A DNA stretch of 64,000 nt from Candidatus Uhrbacteria bacterium (GCA_943359525.1 CALRHV010000002.1:25040-89039), one strand, 5' to 3'. Positions 1 to 8,930 are shown, counted from the stretch's first letter. The notes: a model not told the origin generated them from the letters alone. Program-made: numbers and translations.

Positions 1-1
1 G

Positions 2-907
2 CAGATTTTCGCATCCCGTGGCCGAAGCTATCGCGATCTTCCGCTTCGGTACAGCGAGGTGACCACTGTGTATCGCGACGAAAACACTGGACAGCTCCAG
101 GGATTATCGCGTGTCCGATCGATCACCCAAGACGACGCACACGTGTTCTGTCGTCTCGATCAGGTAAAGGACGAGGCTCGTGCTATTGCGAACATCATCA
201 CGAAGTTCTACGAGGCATTTCAAATGCCACTGAAGGCGCGATTGTCCGTGAACGATCCTGAAAAGCCAGAAGCGTATCTTGGCGGAGCTGACGTGTGGGA
301 GAAGGCTGTAGGAACGTTGAAGGAGCTTCTCGCCGACATGAACCAGGAATACTTCCTTGGTGTTGGTGAGGCAGCATTCTACGGGCCAAAGATCGACTTC
401 ATCGCAACCGATGCGATTGGCCGTGAATGGCAGTTGGCAACTATTCAGCTCGACTTCAATCTCCCAGAACGATTCGAACTTGAATACGTTGACTCGAACA
501 ATGAGAAACAGCGCCCAGTGATGATTCACCGCGCCATTCTCGGCTCCCTCGAACGATTCATCGGAGTCATGATCGAGCACTTCGCCGGTGCCTTCCCAAT
601 GTGGCTTGCGCCAGAACAGATTCGCATCGCAACGGTCGCTGACGAGTTCGCAGACACCGCGAAGGCGATGAAAGCGAATCTTGAAGCGGCAGGCGTTCGC
701 GTCACGTTGGACGACGCTCCAGAAAAGGTTGGCAAGAAGATTCGCGATGCTGCCATGAACAAAGTCCCGTGGACCATCGTGGTTGGCGCAAAGGAGCGCG
801 ATGGGGGAGATATTCAGGTGAAAGTATTCGGAAGCGACGAAGCGCTCGTAATCCCACAATCCGAGATCGTGAATCGCGCAGTCGAGGCAGGAAAACTTCC
901 GGTCTAA
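2..907 (+). CDS. thrS: Threonyl-tRNA synthetase, C-terminal part (class II core plus anticodon-binding domain); the 5' end lies outside the window
   Basis: The frame is open from position 2. It translates to ...SYRDLPLRYSEVTTVYRDE...QDDAHVFC...FYGPKIDF..., which are class II aaRS motifs typical of ThrRS. Stop at 905-907. Confidence 0.9.
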   Translation, partial: QIFASRGRSYRDLPLRYSEVTTVYRDENTGQLQGLSRVRSITQDDAHVFCRLDQVKDEARAIANIITKFYEAFQMPLKARLSVNDPEKPEAYLGGADVWEKAVGTLKELLADMNQEYFLGVGEAAFYGPKIDFIATDAIGREWQLATIQLDFNLPERFELEYVDSNNEKQRPVMIHRAILGSLERFIGVMIEHFAGAFPMWLAPEQIRIATVADEFADTAKAMKANLEAAGVRVTLDDAPEKVGKKIRDAAMNKVPWTIVVGAKERDGGDIQVKVFGSDEALVIPQSEIVNRAVEAGKLPV

Positions 908-918
908 GATAAAAAAAT

Positions 919-947
919 ACACGGCTCGATCGAGCCGTGTGTTTTTT
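919..947. terminator. Rho-independent terminator hairpin (acacggctcgatcgagccgtgt followed by TTTTTT) shared by convergent genes
   Basis: Perfect GC-rich stem, followed by a T6 run on the plus strand and an A-run on the other side. It lies between thrS (+) and the 953..1306 gene (-). Confidence 0.75.
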
Positions 948-952
948 GTATT

Positions 953-1306
953 CTACACTGCCATTTGTGCCTTGAGTGCATCGGCTTGTATGGCATCGAT
1001 GTCTTTGTTTGCACTTGCTTGAATTACAGCGGCGTCGATGTTGAGATCCTCTATTTCTTCATTGTACTCCGCTTGTGCGGCTGCTATTTCCTTGGTGAAT
1101 GCGTCGTTTGCTGCCTTAACCCTTGGATCTTGAGCGTCGACTTCGACTCCCATGGTTTTAAAGCCTGCGTCAATATAGGCCTGGAGCTCGTACTTAATTT
1201 CTGCAACGACGTCCTCTGTGGCTCCGTCGCTCAGAAGTTTGGTGAGTAAGCGTTCTTTGACGTCTTCTGCGAGTGGGGCGTTGCTCACGATGGTTTGAAG
1301 AGACAT
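953..1306 (-). CDS. Hypothetical acidic coiled-coil protein (~118 aa from the internal Met MSLQTIV...)
   Basis: ORF 953..1420. The upstream gene stops at 1317, so the start is more likely the Met at 1306. No recognisable domain. Confidence 0.45.
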   Translation of the reverse strand: MSLQTIVSNAPLAEDVKERLLTKLLSDGATEDVVAEIKYELQAYIDAGFKTMGVEVDAQDPRVKAANDAFTKEIAAAQAEYNEEIEDLNIDAAVIQASANKDIDAIQADALKAQMAV

Positions 1307-1316
1307 AGAGGAAAAA

Positions 1317-2798
1317 TTAAGCGACTGCTTCAGCGCGTTCTTGTGCTGCAGCTTTGTCCACCTCGCTAAGATCGTCGATAGCTTCCAAAATCTCATCATG
1401 AATTTCTGAATGTTCCGCAATAGTCTTGTCGGTGGTTAATGCAAGACGAATTTCATTCATGCTTCGTCCGAGCACCGTCTTTGCAATTTCCAAGCGAAGC
1501 TTCATTTTTTCCATGAATCCAACAGCTTTATCGAGCTTGTCGCTAAGCGCTTCCATGGTTGCTGTGTAGCGTTCCTTTCCTTTGGTCGATACTTCTCCCA
1601 TTTTTTCCCGCACAGCTTCTGCTCCAGCAATAGTGCCAAGGACTCCGCGTCGGCCAAGCTCATATCCAGCACCTGCGCCAAGAATTACCGCGCCTGCTCC
1701 AACGGCGGCAACGGTTCCCGCTCCTCTTCCAACTGCCTTTACTCCTCGAACGCCAGCTCGGCCTGCTGCTGCCGCACGTTCCTTGCCAGCGGCCGTGGCT
1801 TCTTTGAGGGCGATCTCCGCATCAAGCTTCCGCGCCCCCAGAATCATTATTGCATTCTCTGCCGCTGTTCTTGTTGCTTCGCTCTTTGATTTGAGAAGTT
1901 CTTTTGCGTTGGCGACTGCCGTATCGTACTTTTCCATTCTCGCGTCTATGGATTCAAGGGTTTCGTCGAATTTTCCAGATACAAGATCCTTCATGTCAGA
2001 TATTTTGAGTGCGGCGTCTGCACGAAGCTCTCCTGAGCGGATTTGCATATCGAGCTTTTTTGACTCAAGACTGCGCAGGGCATTTTCTGCGACGGTTCTT
2101 GCTCCCCCTTTCGCTCCCTCAAACGTAGCTCTCGCTTTGACTAACGCGCCTTCAAGTTCTTGTTTTTTCTCCTGTGAATATGCGGAAGCTCGTTCTTTTG
2201 CTTCTGTTCCTGCTTTCATGGCACGTCGACCGCCTTCCATTGCGAGGCCTGCGGCGCCAACGGCACCAGCAACGCCCAGTCCTACACCCATCATTCCAGC
2301 GGTTGCCGCGCCGCGTGCGATTGCCTTTGCGGGAGCAACCATGGTTGGCTCAATAAGATCATCGTAGACGAATCCCGCCACGCCTTTCGCTGCTTCTGGC
2401 ACACCTCGTACGCCGTCCATCATGGCTCCGCCAGTTTTTCGAACAGCGGTTCCTGCCTCCATGCCGAATCCAACGGCACCAAAGAGTGCTTGAGCTGCGC
2501 GATTCTTTATGGATTCCATTCGGCTGCGCATGCCAGCAAAAAAACCACCAAATCGTTCTTCTGCCGCGGCCTTCATTTCTGCAACTTTACGCTCACCTGC
2601 TTCTGTCATGGATTCGAGCTGTGCTTCTGCGTGTTCATGCGATTTCGTAGCACGTCCTTCTTCGTCCATTTCTAAGGTAAGAGGATTTTCAACTTCTGTT
2701 GGCTTCTCCGCTCTTGGCACTCGTGCCGCAAGTTCTTCGCTTCGGCGCGCTACTTCATTGTGGGACATAAGCATGTTCAAAAATAAATACCAGTACAT
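1317..2798 (-). CDS. Hypothetical Ala/Gly-rich protein with coiled-coil segments and glycine-zipper-like hydrophobic stretches
   Basis: Long ORF of 493 aa; the start could also be at MLMSHNEV. It contains GxxxG/AxxxA-rich segments (GVGLGVAGAVGAAGLA, AVGAGAVILGAGAG) between long Ala/Lys/Glu-rich helices. No family recognised. Confidence 0.5.
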   Translation of the reverse strand: MYWYLFLNMLMSHNEVARRSEELAARVPRAEKPTEVENPLTLEMDEEGRATKSHEHAEAQLESMTEAGERKVAEMKAAAEERFGGFFAGMRSRMESIKNRAAQALFGAVGFGMEAGTAVRKTGGAMMDGVRGVPEAAKGVAGFVYDDLIEPTMVAPAKAIARGAATAGMMGVGLGVAGAVGAAGLAMEGGRRAMKAGTEAKERASAYSQEKKQELEGALVKARATFEGAKGGARTVAENALRSLESKKLDMQIRSGELRADAALKISDMKDLVSGKFDETLESIDARMEKYDTAVANAKELLKSKSEATRTAAENAIMILGARKLDAEIALKEATAAGKERAAAAGRAGVRGVKAVGRGAGTVAAVGAGAVILGAGAGYELGRRGVLGTIAGAEAVREKMGEVSTKGKERYTATMEALSDKLDKAVGFMEKMKLRLEIAKTVLGRSMNEIRLALTTDKTIAEHSEIHDEILEAIDDLSEVDKAAAQERAEAVA

Positions 2799-3269
2799 TG
2801 TATCAAGAATGCATATATTTCGTGGGAAAATCTGTGCACAACAAGAACACCCAGCCTGTGAGGGCCGGGCGTTCGTCGTGGTTAGCGTTTCGATGTATTT
2901 GACCGATTGTCGCTTTTACGCGACGCCGGCGCTGTTCCAGTCACTTCGTATCTCGGCGGGAATCGACCGTGCAACGCTCCAGGCCTTTCGAATCCTGCCG
3001 AGGAGGCGTTTCCACCGGTTCGGAGTCGACTTGATGGGTTCGGCGATCGATTCTATTTCATGGTCGCTTCGGCTGTAAGCGGCCTCGCCGCTGGTCTGAT
3101 CGGTGTCGGGAAGATTCTGGGCGGATCGGCCGCCTTGGATGATACGAAAGGCTGTTGGCAATGGAGCTCCTAGTCTGGCTGGTAAATCTCGACGCCGAAT
3201 CGGTCCGCCGAGAAACAGCTGATATTAGCAGAAAAATAGAAATTGGGCAAATGTGCTACTCTTTCCCGT

Positions 3270-4262
3270 ATGAAAAATCTCCCACAAATCATTGCTGTTG
3301 TTGGCCCAACCTGTTCCGGAAAAACCGGAATCGGCATTGCCTTGGCAAAACATTTTGGTGGGGAAGTGATCTGCGCCGATAGCCGAACCGTGTACAAAGG
3401 CATGGACATCGGCACCGCGAAGCCGGAGGCGGATTCTGGCCTCCCCCCATTTATGGGGGGATCGAGGGGGGCTATCGATGAAGGCGATTCGATACTCGGA
3501 ATCGATTCATTGTTCACCTCCCGTCCCCGCATGGTCGAATCCATCCCTCACTGGGGCATCGATCTCGTCAATCCCGACGAAGTCTTCACGGTTTCCAAGT
3601 TTCAGGAATACGCTGATAAAAAGATCGCCGAAATCATCGGCCGCGGTCATGTTCCGATTCTTGTTGGGGGAACCGGCATGTATATTCGCGCCGTGCTCGA
3701 TCGTCCCAACTACGCCAACGCCGAGCCTGATGCCGTGCTCCGTTCCGAGCTCGAAGCGATGTCAGACAACGAGCTCCTCGAGGAGATCGCATCACGTGAT
3801 CCCGACACCGCGTCCACGATCGATGATCGCAATCGCCGTCGTCTTGTTCGTGCGCTGGAGATTCTTCGCACAACGGGGAAGACGCTCGCGGATCGTCAGG
3901 AATTTGGCGAACCGATCTACGACGCGCTTCAGATCGGCATCACAAAACCTCGCGAGCAGCTTTACGCCGCGATCGACCTCCGCGTGGACGAGATGATCGG
4001 TAAAGGCTTGGTTGATGAAGTTCGTAAGCTACGTGATCAATTCGGCGATGATTGCCCGGGAATGACGGGCATCGGGTATCGGCAGATTGCGGATTTCTTT
4101 CAAAAGAAGGAGCAGCTCCGTGACGCCGTCATCCGAATAAAATACGATAGTCATCATTACGCCAAGCGCCAGGAGACCTGGTTTCAGAGGGATTTGCGAA
4201 TTGTGTGGGTAAGTGACGTGTACGAAGCGAAGGAAAAAGCACACAATTTCCTTAAGCGCTAA
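3270..4262 (+). CDS. miaA: tRNA dimethylallyltransferase (tRNA isopentenyltransferase)
   Basis: P-loop VVGPTCSGKT near the N-terminus. ADSRTVYKGMDIGTAKP, then ...IPHWGIDLV and the rest of the MiaA-like architecture. The start was chosen at MKNLPQ. Confidence 0.85.
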   Translation: MKNLPQIIAVVGPTCSGKTGIGIALAKHFGGEVICADSRTVYKGMDIGTAKPEADSGLPPFMGGSRGAIDEGDSILGIDSLFTSRPRMVESIPHWGIDLVNPDEVFTVSKFQEYADKKIAEIIGRGHVPILVGGTGMYIRAVLDRPNYANAEPDAVLRSELEAMSDNELLEEIASRDPDTASTIDDRNRRRLVRALEILRTTGKTLADRQEFGEPIYDALQIGITKPREQLYAAIDLRVDEMIGKGLVDEVRKLRDQFGDDCPGMTGIGYRQIADFFQKKEQLRDAVIRIKYDSHHYAKRQETWFQRDLRIVWVSDVYEAKEKAHNFLKR

Positions 4263-4269
4263 TGCTTTT

Positions 4270-4998
4270 GGTATGGTTGACGGAAACCTGAACAGACTTC
4301 CTCAAGCGGATTACCACAATCGGCCGAAGATCGGTTTGCCAGATATTCCTCCGAACACAGAACGAATGGACGACACCGCTGGTGCGCCAATGCTTCCGCC
4401 AAACGAACATCTTGGTGCTTCCGACGAAGTCGCTTTCCGTTCTCGTGACCGCGCTAAAACCGATGCCGCACGTGCAGAATCGGTGAGAGGCGGATTGCGT
4501 GGCCCAGAATCGGTTTCAGCGCAGCCTGCGGTGTTGGTTGCACAACGAGACGCGTTGAATGCGCAACTTCGAGATCTTCGTCTGGAACGCAAAAACGCCG
4601 ATGGAATTTTTGTGCGATTTTCTAAAGCTGGTCGCGATCGTCTTGCTGCCCTCGACCGTGCAATTAGCGAAACGCGGTCTCAGCGTGATGAGGCTGAATC
4701 ACAGATCGAGGCAATGCTGCCGGCGGAAAAACAGGTGACCACGCACGCCGGGCGTGTTCAGACCGCACGAGAAAAGATTGGTGAAGTGTTGGCGGCGATT
4801 GCTCCTCGGAAGGAAGAGGGACATCGGGCACACGAAGTGGCTCCACGCGAACAGCTCCGTGCCGATCGTGAAGCCTTGAGTTCAGAGTTGCTTACGCTCC
4901 GATTCTGGCAGTTCCTCCGCAAACAAGAAATCGTTCAGGAAATGAAGCGAATCGACCTTGCCATGTCGAGGATCATCAACGCGGAACGCAGTCATTAA
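4270..4998 (+). CDS. Hypothetical coiled-coil protein
   Basis: ORF 4213..4998. The start at MVDGNL (4270) follows the miaA stop. Arg/Glu/Ala-rich, no recognisable domain. Confidence 0.4.
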   Translation, partial: GMVDGNLNRLPQADYHNRPKIGLPDIPPNTERMDDTAGAPMLPPNEHLGASDEVAFRSRDRAKTDAARAESVRGGLRGPESVSAQPAVLVAQRDALNAQLRDLRLERKNADGIFVRFSKAGRDRLAALDRAISETRSQRDEAESQIEAMLPAEKQVTTHAGRVQTAREKIGEVLAAIAPRKEEGHRAHEVAPREQLRADREALSSELLTLRFWQFLRKQEIVQEMKRIDLAMSRIINAERSH

Positions 4999-6479
4999 TC
5001 CTTCAGTGCCTTCTTCAGTGCCTCCGTCGCCGTTGCGGGATCCGCATTTCCTTTAGCGGCTTTCATCACTTGGCCAAGAAGGAACGGGAAGAGCTTTTCT
5101 TCGCCGTTTTTGAATCGTGCAACTTCAGCCGCGTTCTTTTCGATAACGTCGGCCACGATGGAGTCGATCACGGATGAGTCATCGATCGACAATGCACCGA
5201 CAACGTCCATTGCTTCAGATACTCCAAGATGACGGAATTCCATTTGCGCAAGCACTTCGAGTCCTTTCTGTGCGGTAAGTTTTCCGTTCGCGATGAGTGC
5301 AAGGAATTTTGCAAAGCGTTCTGGTGTTGTTTTCGCGTCGGTGATCGATCGCCCCTCATTTGCAAGGACGCTTCCGAACTTTGTGAGAATCCAACTACTC
5401 ACAAGCTTTGCGAGATCGGTAGATGCCGATGCCGCAGATCCAATCTCAGATCGGAGCTCGCTTATTGTTGCCTCAGTAAAATTGGCGAGGTCAGCGTCGT
5501 CCACGATCTGTTTTGCGACGTCGGGTTTGAATCCGTATTCCTCAATGAACCGCGAACGCTTTGCGCGGGGGAGTTCTGGGAGATTCCGTTTAATCTCTAC
5601 AGTAAACTCGCGAAGATCGAGTGGTGGAATGTCTGGTTCCGGGAAGTAGCGATAGTCCGCCGAATCCTCTTTTGTGCGCTGGGCGTCGGTGGTTTGGGTG
5701 GTGTCGTTCCATCCGCGTGTTGTGGTAATCATCGGTGGTGTTCCGGCTTCCCACAATGCGGTCTGGCGGGCGATTTCATAATCGACTGCGCGTTCGATAG
5801 CACGGAAGGAATTGATGTTCTTGATTTCCGTTTTAGGATTCATCGGTCCGATCGGTGCGCCGTTCTCATCAACCTCGCGCAACGAAACGTTCACGTCGCA
5901 TCGTAAATGACCGCGCTCAAGATCGCCTTCGGAAATACCGAGAGTCCGAACAAGAAGTCGCATTTCTTGAACATACGCCTTTGCTTGCGCGGAATTTCGG
6001 AAGTCTGGTTTGGTGACGATCTCACATAGCGGTACGCTCGAACGATTAAAATCCACGTACGTTTTGCCGTCGTCGCCATGAATATTTTTCGCAGAGTCCT
6101 CTTCAAGATGCATGCGCTCAATACCAATGCGAACCGCGCCTTCGCTGGGGACGTCGATGACAAGTTCGCCGTTCTGCATGACGGGAAGATCAAACTGAGA
6201 AATCTGATACGCCTTTGGAAGATCCGGATAGAAATAGTGTTTTCGATCGAATTTTGAGTGTTCCGTAATCGTGCCGTTCAAGGCGAGACCGAGGAGAACA
6301 GCGTGGCGCAGCGCTGCGGCATTTGGCACCGGAAGCGTGCCCGGATGGCCGGTACAGATTGGGCAAACGTGCGTGTTTGGCAACGCACCCTCGTCGTGAG
6401 CATTACAGCCACAAAACATCTTCGTTTTGGTGCTGAGCTCAACGTGGGTTTCTAGGCCAATAACGGGTTGGAGTCGCAT
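4995..6479 (-). CDS. gatB: Aspartyl/glutamyl-tRNA(Asn/Gln) amidotransferase subunit B
   Basis: N-terminus MRLQPVIGLETHVELSTKTKMFCGC... 494 aa. C-terminal GatB/YqeY-type domain. Confidence 0.9.
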   Translation of the reverse strand: MRLQPVIGLETHVELSTKTKMFCGCNAHDEGALPNTHVCPICTGHPGTLPVPNAAALRHAVLLGLALNGTITEHSKFDRKHYFYPDLPKAYQISQFDLPVMQNGELVIDVPSEGAVRIGIERMHLEEDSAKNIHGDDGKTYVDFNRSSVPLCEIVTKPDFRNSAQAKAYVQEMRLLVRTLGISEGDLERGHLRCDVNVSLREVDENGAPIGPMNPKTEIKNINSFRAIERAVDYEIARQTALWEAGTPPMITTTRGWNDTTQTTDAQRTKEDSADYRYFPEPDIPPLDLREFTVEIKRNLPELPRAKRSRFIEEYGFKPDVAKQIVDDADLANFTEATISELRSEIGSAASASTDLAKLVSSWILTKFGSVLANEGRSITDAKTTPERFAKFLALIANGKLTAQKGLEVLAQMEFRHLGVSEAMDVVGALSIDDSSVIDSIVADVIEKNAAEVARFKNGEEKLFPFLLGQVMKAAKGNADPATATEALKKALKD

Positions 6480-6485
6480 ATCGGA

Positions 6486-7265
6486 CTACTCTACAGCCGG
6501 AGAGGTCGAGAGGTAAAGCACCGTGTGGGCAATGACGACTGGCGGCAAAAGGGCAATTTGAAGCACAACGAGAACGGCATCAAGCCACAGCGGAGTTCTG
6601 CCTATGGCGAGCGCGGTGGGGCTCACGCCGGTCACGAATGCACCAAAGAAGAGGACGGCTGCGCCAAGGGCGAAATAGACGACGAGGAATGCTGCGACGA
6701 TGGCGAACAGTCTCCAGCCAACGGCCGCGATTTGATGTTGAACGCGTGTTTTTGATGCGGCGAGCGCAGAGATTGGTCCGTGGCCACGAAGCACAACTTC
6801 TTCAAGCGTGAACGTGAAGAGAATCGTTGCAATGATTCCAGGAATGATGAAGAGAAAATATCCCGCCGCTTGAATCACGCCAGAAAGCAAAGTTGCGAAC
6901 AAAAGTGCCCCAAGAACGCTCGCGGCATGAGTGCCGATACTTCGGGGATCGTGGTCCTTTTTTGGATGAGCTGTCTTTAAGCTGATGAGTGTGCTGATTG
7001 CTGCAGCGGCCCAGCACGACATCGCAATAAAAAGCACGCTCACTGTGCTCTGTGCTGCAAGGCCCAGTGTTCCAGGAATTCCTTGAACACCAATGGAAAG
7101 AATGAGTGGGAGTAGGAGATACGCCGTGAAGCCATAGGCGTCGGATGCGTAGCGTTTTGTGAGAGTCGCGCTATAGAGCACGATGTCGAAAGCGCTTGGA
7201 AGATTTTTTTCGTTGAGCGGTTCGCTTTCGTTATTTGGAGCGGTATTATTTTCTGGTGCTGTCAT
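6486..7265 (-). CDS. Polytopic integral membrane protein, function unknown
   Basis: Multiple hydrophobic helices. Tandem with a similar membrane protein at 7246..8130. Confidence 0.5.
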   Translation of the reverse strand: MTAPENNTAPNNESEPLNEKNLPSAFDIVLYSATLTKRYASDAYGFTAYLLLPLILSIGVQGIPGTLGLAAQSTVSVLFIAMSCWAAAAISTLISLKTAHPKKDHDPRSIGTHAASVLGALLFATLLSGVIQAAGYFLFIIPGIIATILFTFTLEEVVLRGHGPISALAASKTRVQHQIAAVGWRLFAIVAAFLVVYFALGAAVLFFGAFVTGVSPTALAIGRTPLWLDAVLVVLQIALLPPVVIAHTVLYLSTSPAVE

Positions 7266-8130
7266 AGAGATAGTACGTGGTCAGGCTGTAGAGCGGCATG
7301 ATAATGGCAAGAACAATAAAAACGCTGAGGGTGAGCGCAACGGAAATGAGTGTAATTGCGAGTGGAGAGAGTGAAGCTGCTGCGAAGGAGATGAGCACTG
7401 TTGCTGCAAGATTTGTTGTTGCGGTAATTCCGTATGCGATTAAGCCGATAATCAAGCTTGGAACAACAAGGCGAAGTGCGACTGCCCACCACCGACCCTT
7501 TACGGACTTTCGTGATGCGGCGAGCGCGTTTCGGAGTGCCTTGAGGGAGAATCGGGTATTCTCAGACTCGAGGAGCAAGAAGTATTGCGAAAATGCAAGT
7601 TCGACGCTGTATTTTACGAGTGTGTATCCTGCCGCGAGAATTCCAGCAAAGAGGACGATGACTCCAAAAATGCCAAGCGCTGTTCCCGCAGCGCCAGGAA
7701 GATGGTTGAGCATCGTAATTGCGAGACCTGGAAGGAGAAAAAGTCCTGCCGCAAGGCTGAGTCCAAGCGCGATGCAGATGGAAAGAACAAAGAAAGAAAG
7801 TAAATATTTCCACGACTTTTTTCCGAGCGCGACATGGTCAGGTGTTGATCCCTTTGCGCGAGCATCGATAGTGAAAATAAGACAGACGCTCGTCCAGAGT
7901 CGCGCAAGAGTCACGGTGACAAGTCCAATGAAACTGACAAGGAGGTACGTGACGACTTCGTTGGTTGGTGTGTACTCGTCAACGCCAAATGGCGCGAGGT
8001 ATCCGGCAAACAAGAATGGCATCGCTGCAACCACGAGCCAGAGGCTGATGCCAATGAGTTCTTTGAAATGTAATCGGTAATGTTCAACGGTGTGATCGAT
8101 GAGAGAACCGAGAGTGATGAGATTCGGCAT
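7246..8130 (-). CDS. Polytopic integral membrane protein, function unknown (tandem with 6486..7265)
   Basis: 294 aa with 6 or more predicted TM helices. Confidence 0.5.
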   Translation of the reverse strand: MPNLITLGSLIDHTVEHYRLHFKELIGISLWLVVAAMPFLFAGYLAPFGVDEYTPTNEVVTYLLVSFIGLVTVTLARLWTSVCLIFTIDARAKGSTPDHVALGKKSWKYLLSFFVLSICIALGLSLAAGLFLLPGLAITMLNHLPGAAGTALGIFGVIVLFAGILAAGYTLVKYSVELAFSQYFLLLESENTRFSLKALRNALAASRKSVKGRWWAVALRLVVPSLIIGLIAYGITATTNLAATVLISFAAASLSPLAITLISVALTLSVFIVLAIIMPLYSLTTYYLYDSTRK

Positions 8131-8169
8131 ATTTGAGAAGAAATCGATGATGACGTCAGTATATCAGGA

Positions 8170-8646
8170 TTACCCCGTCGTTCCGAACCCGCCGCGATTC
8201 ACGATAGACCAATCGGTTGGCTCAACGAACTGTGCGCGAGTGATGGGGACGAACATTCCTTGAGCAATGCGTTCGTCGGATTCTACGACGTATGGCTCGT
8301 CTCCGATGTTGTGGAGCATGAGCTTCAATTCGTCATTCGGTCCGCAGTAGTCGGAATCGATCACGCCCGTGCCGTTTGCAAGGCGAACGCCTTTCTTTCC
8401 ATTGCTTGATCGGGGAAGGAGGAGAAGGACGTGATCATTCGGAACATTCACGACGAGTCCGGTTGCAAAGAACGCTCGTTCGTTTGGTGCGAGTGTCTTG
8501 CCCTCGATGACTGCAAGATCGAATGCACACGCGCCAGGCGTTTTGTATTCTGGAAACGGAACGTTTGGGTGTAATCGTCGAATCGCAATTTCCATAGCGT
8601 ATCGACTGTACTCGATCGCGTGCCGATTATCGAGCGTTTTATCCAC
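8170..8646 (-). CDS. dut: dUTP diphosphatase (dUTPase)-like
   Basis: GVIDSDY signature motif (GVIDSDYCGPNDELKLMLHN). Size is right for the dUTPase/dCTP deaminase fold. It sits in a dTMP-synthesis gene neighbourhood. Confidence 0.7.
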   Translation of the reverse strand: MDKTLDNRHAIEYSRYAMEIAIRRLHPNVPFPEYKTPGACAFDLAVIEGKTLAPNERAFFATGLVVNVPNDHVLLLLPRSSNGKKGVRLANGTGVIDSDYCGPNDELKLMLHNIGDEPYVVESDERIAQGMFVPITRAQFVEPTDWSIVNRGGFGTTG

Positions 8647-8705
8647 TCCTCATTCCTTATCCACACAGTTTCGTTGACCCTCATTTTTTTCCGTGTACAG
8701 TGCGA

Positions 8706-8745
8706 AGCAAATCACGCGGCTGCCATGCTTGGCCGCGTGATTTTT
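8706..8745 (+). terminator. Intrinsic-terminator-like hairpin (atcacgcggctgccatgcttggccgcgtgat followed by T7) in the leader upstream of the DHFR-ThyA gene
   Basis: 10-bp GC-rich stem followed by a T7 run on the plus strand. There is no plus-strand gene upstream, so it could act as an attenuator. Confidence 0.5.
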
Positions 8746-8761
8746 TTAAGAACTTCCTCCT

Positions 8762-8860
8762 TTGGTCGATTTTGGGCTTGCATCATCGCAAATTCGCTCA
8801 CCGTACCGAGAAGTACGCCTCGCGAGATTTGCTCGACGCGCACCCAAGCTCGCCGCAAAT
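8762..8860. repeat. Conserved ~100-nt upstream element, copy A, with the core palindrome CGTACC(R)AGAAGTACG. Other copies are at 29421..29519 and 49398..49493.
   Basis: Alignable at nucleotide level in three 5'-leader regions: ...tcatc.caaattt.ctca.cgtaccgagaagtacg.ctc.g..a..ttt..tcga.g.gca.c.aa.ct.gccgcaaat... The ORF translations are inconsistent in length. Confidence 0.6.
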
Positions 8861-8930
8861 GAGAAAGTTCTTATCATATCCACAGAATCCGTTGGTCGGT
8901 CGGGGAACGGGCTGATACCATCGAATCACT

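Noticed and set aside
1582-2367. Long ORFs antisense to or overlapping established genes (for example 1582..2367 +, 15535..16302 +, 16340..17254 +, 17642..18514 +, 25987..27036 +, 30330..31250 -, 33061..33834 -, 50874..51641 -, 55193..55963 -)
   Set aside because: Each lies fully inside a confidently identified gene on the other strand (the Gly/Ala protein, PNP, gyrB, prfA, rpsB/tsf, gap, xseA, the surface protein). They have low-complexity Arg/Ser/Pro-rich translations typical of antisense frames in GC-rich DNA.
2907-3173. 88-aa ORF (and antisense 81-aa ORF 2916..3161) in the long miaA-upstream spacer as a feature
   Set aside because: The two overlap on opposite strands, have no RBS-like or conserved features that I can see, and only half of one is hydrophobic. 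Confidence is insufficient to list as a CDS, so noted as a finding instead.
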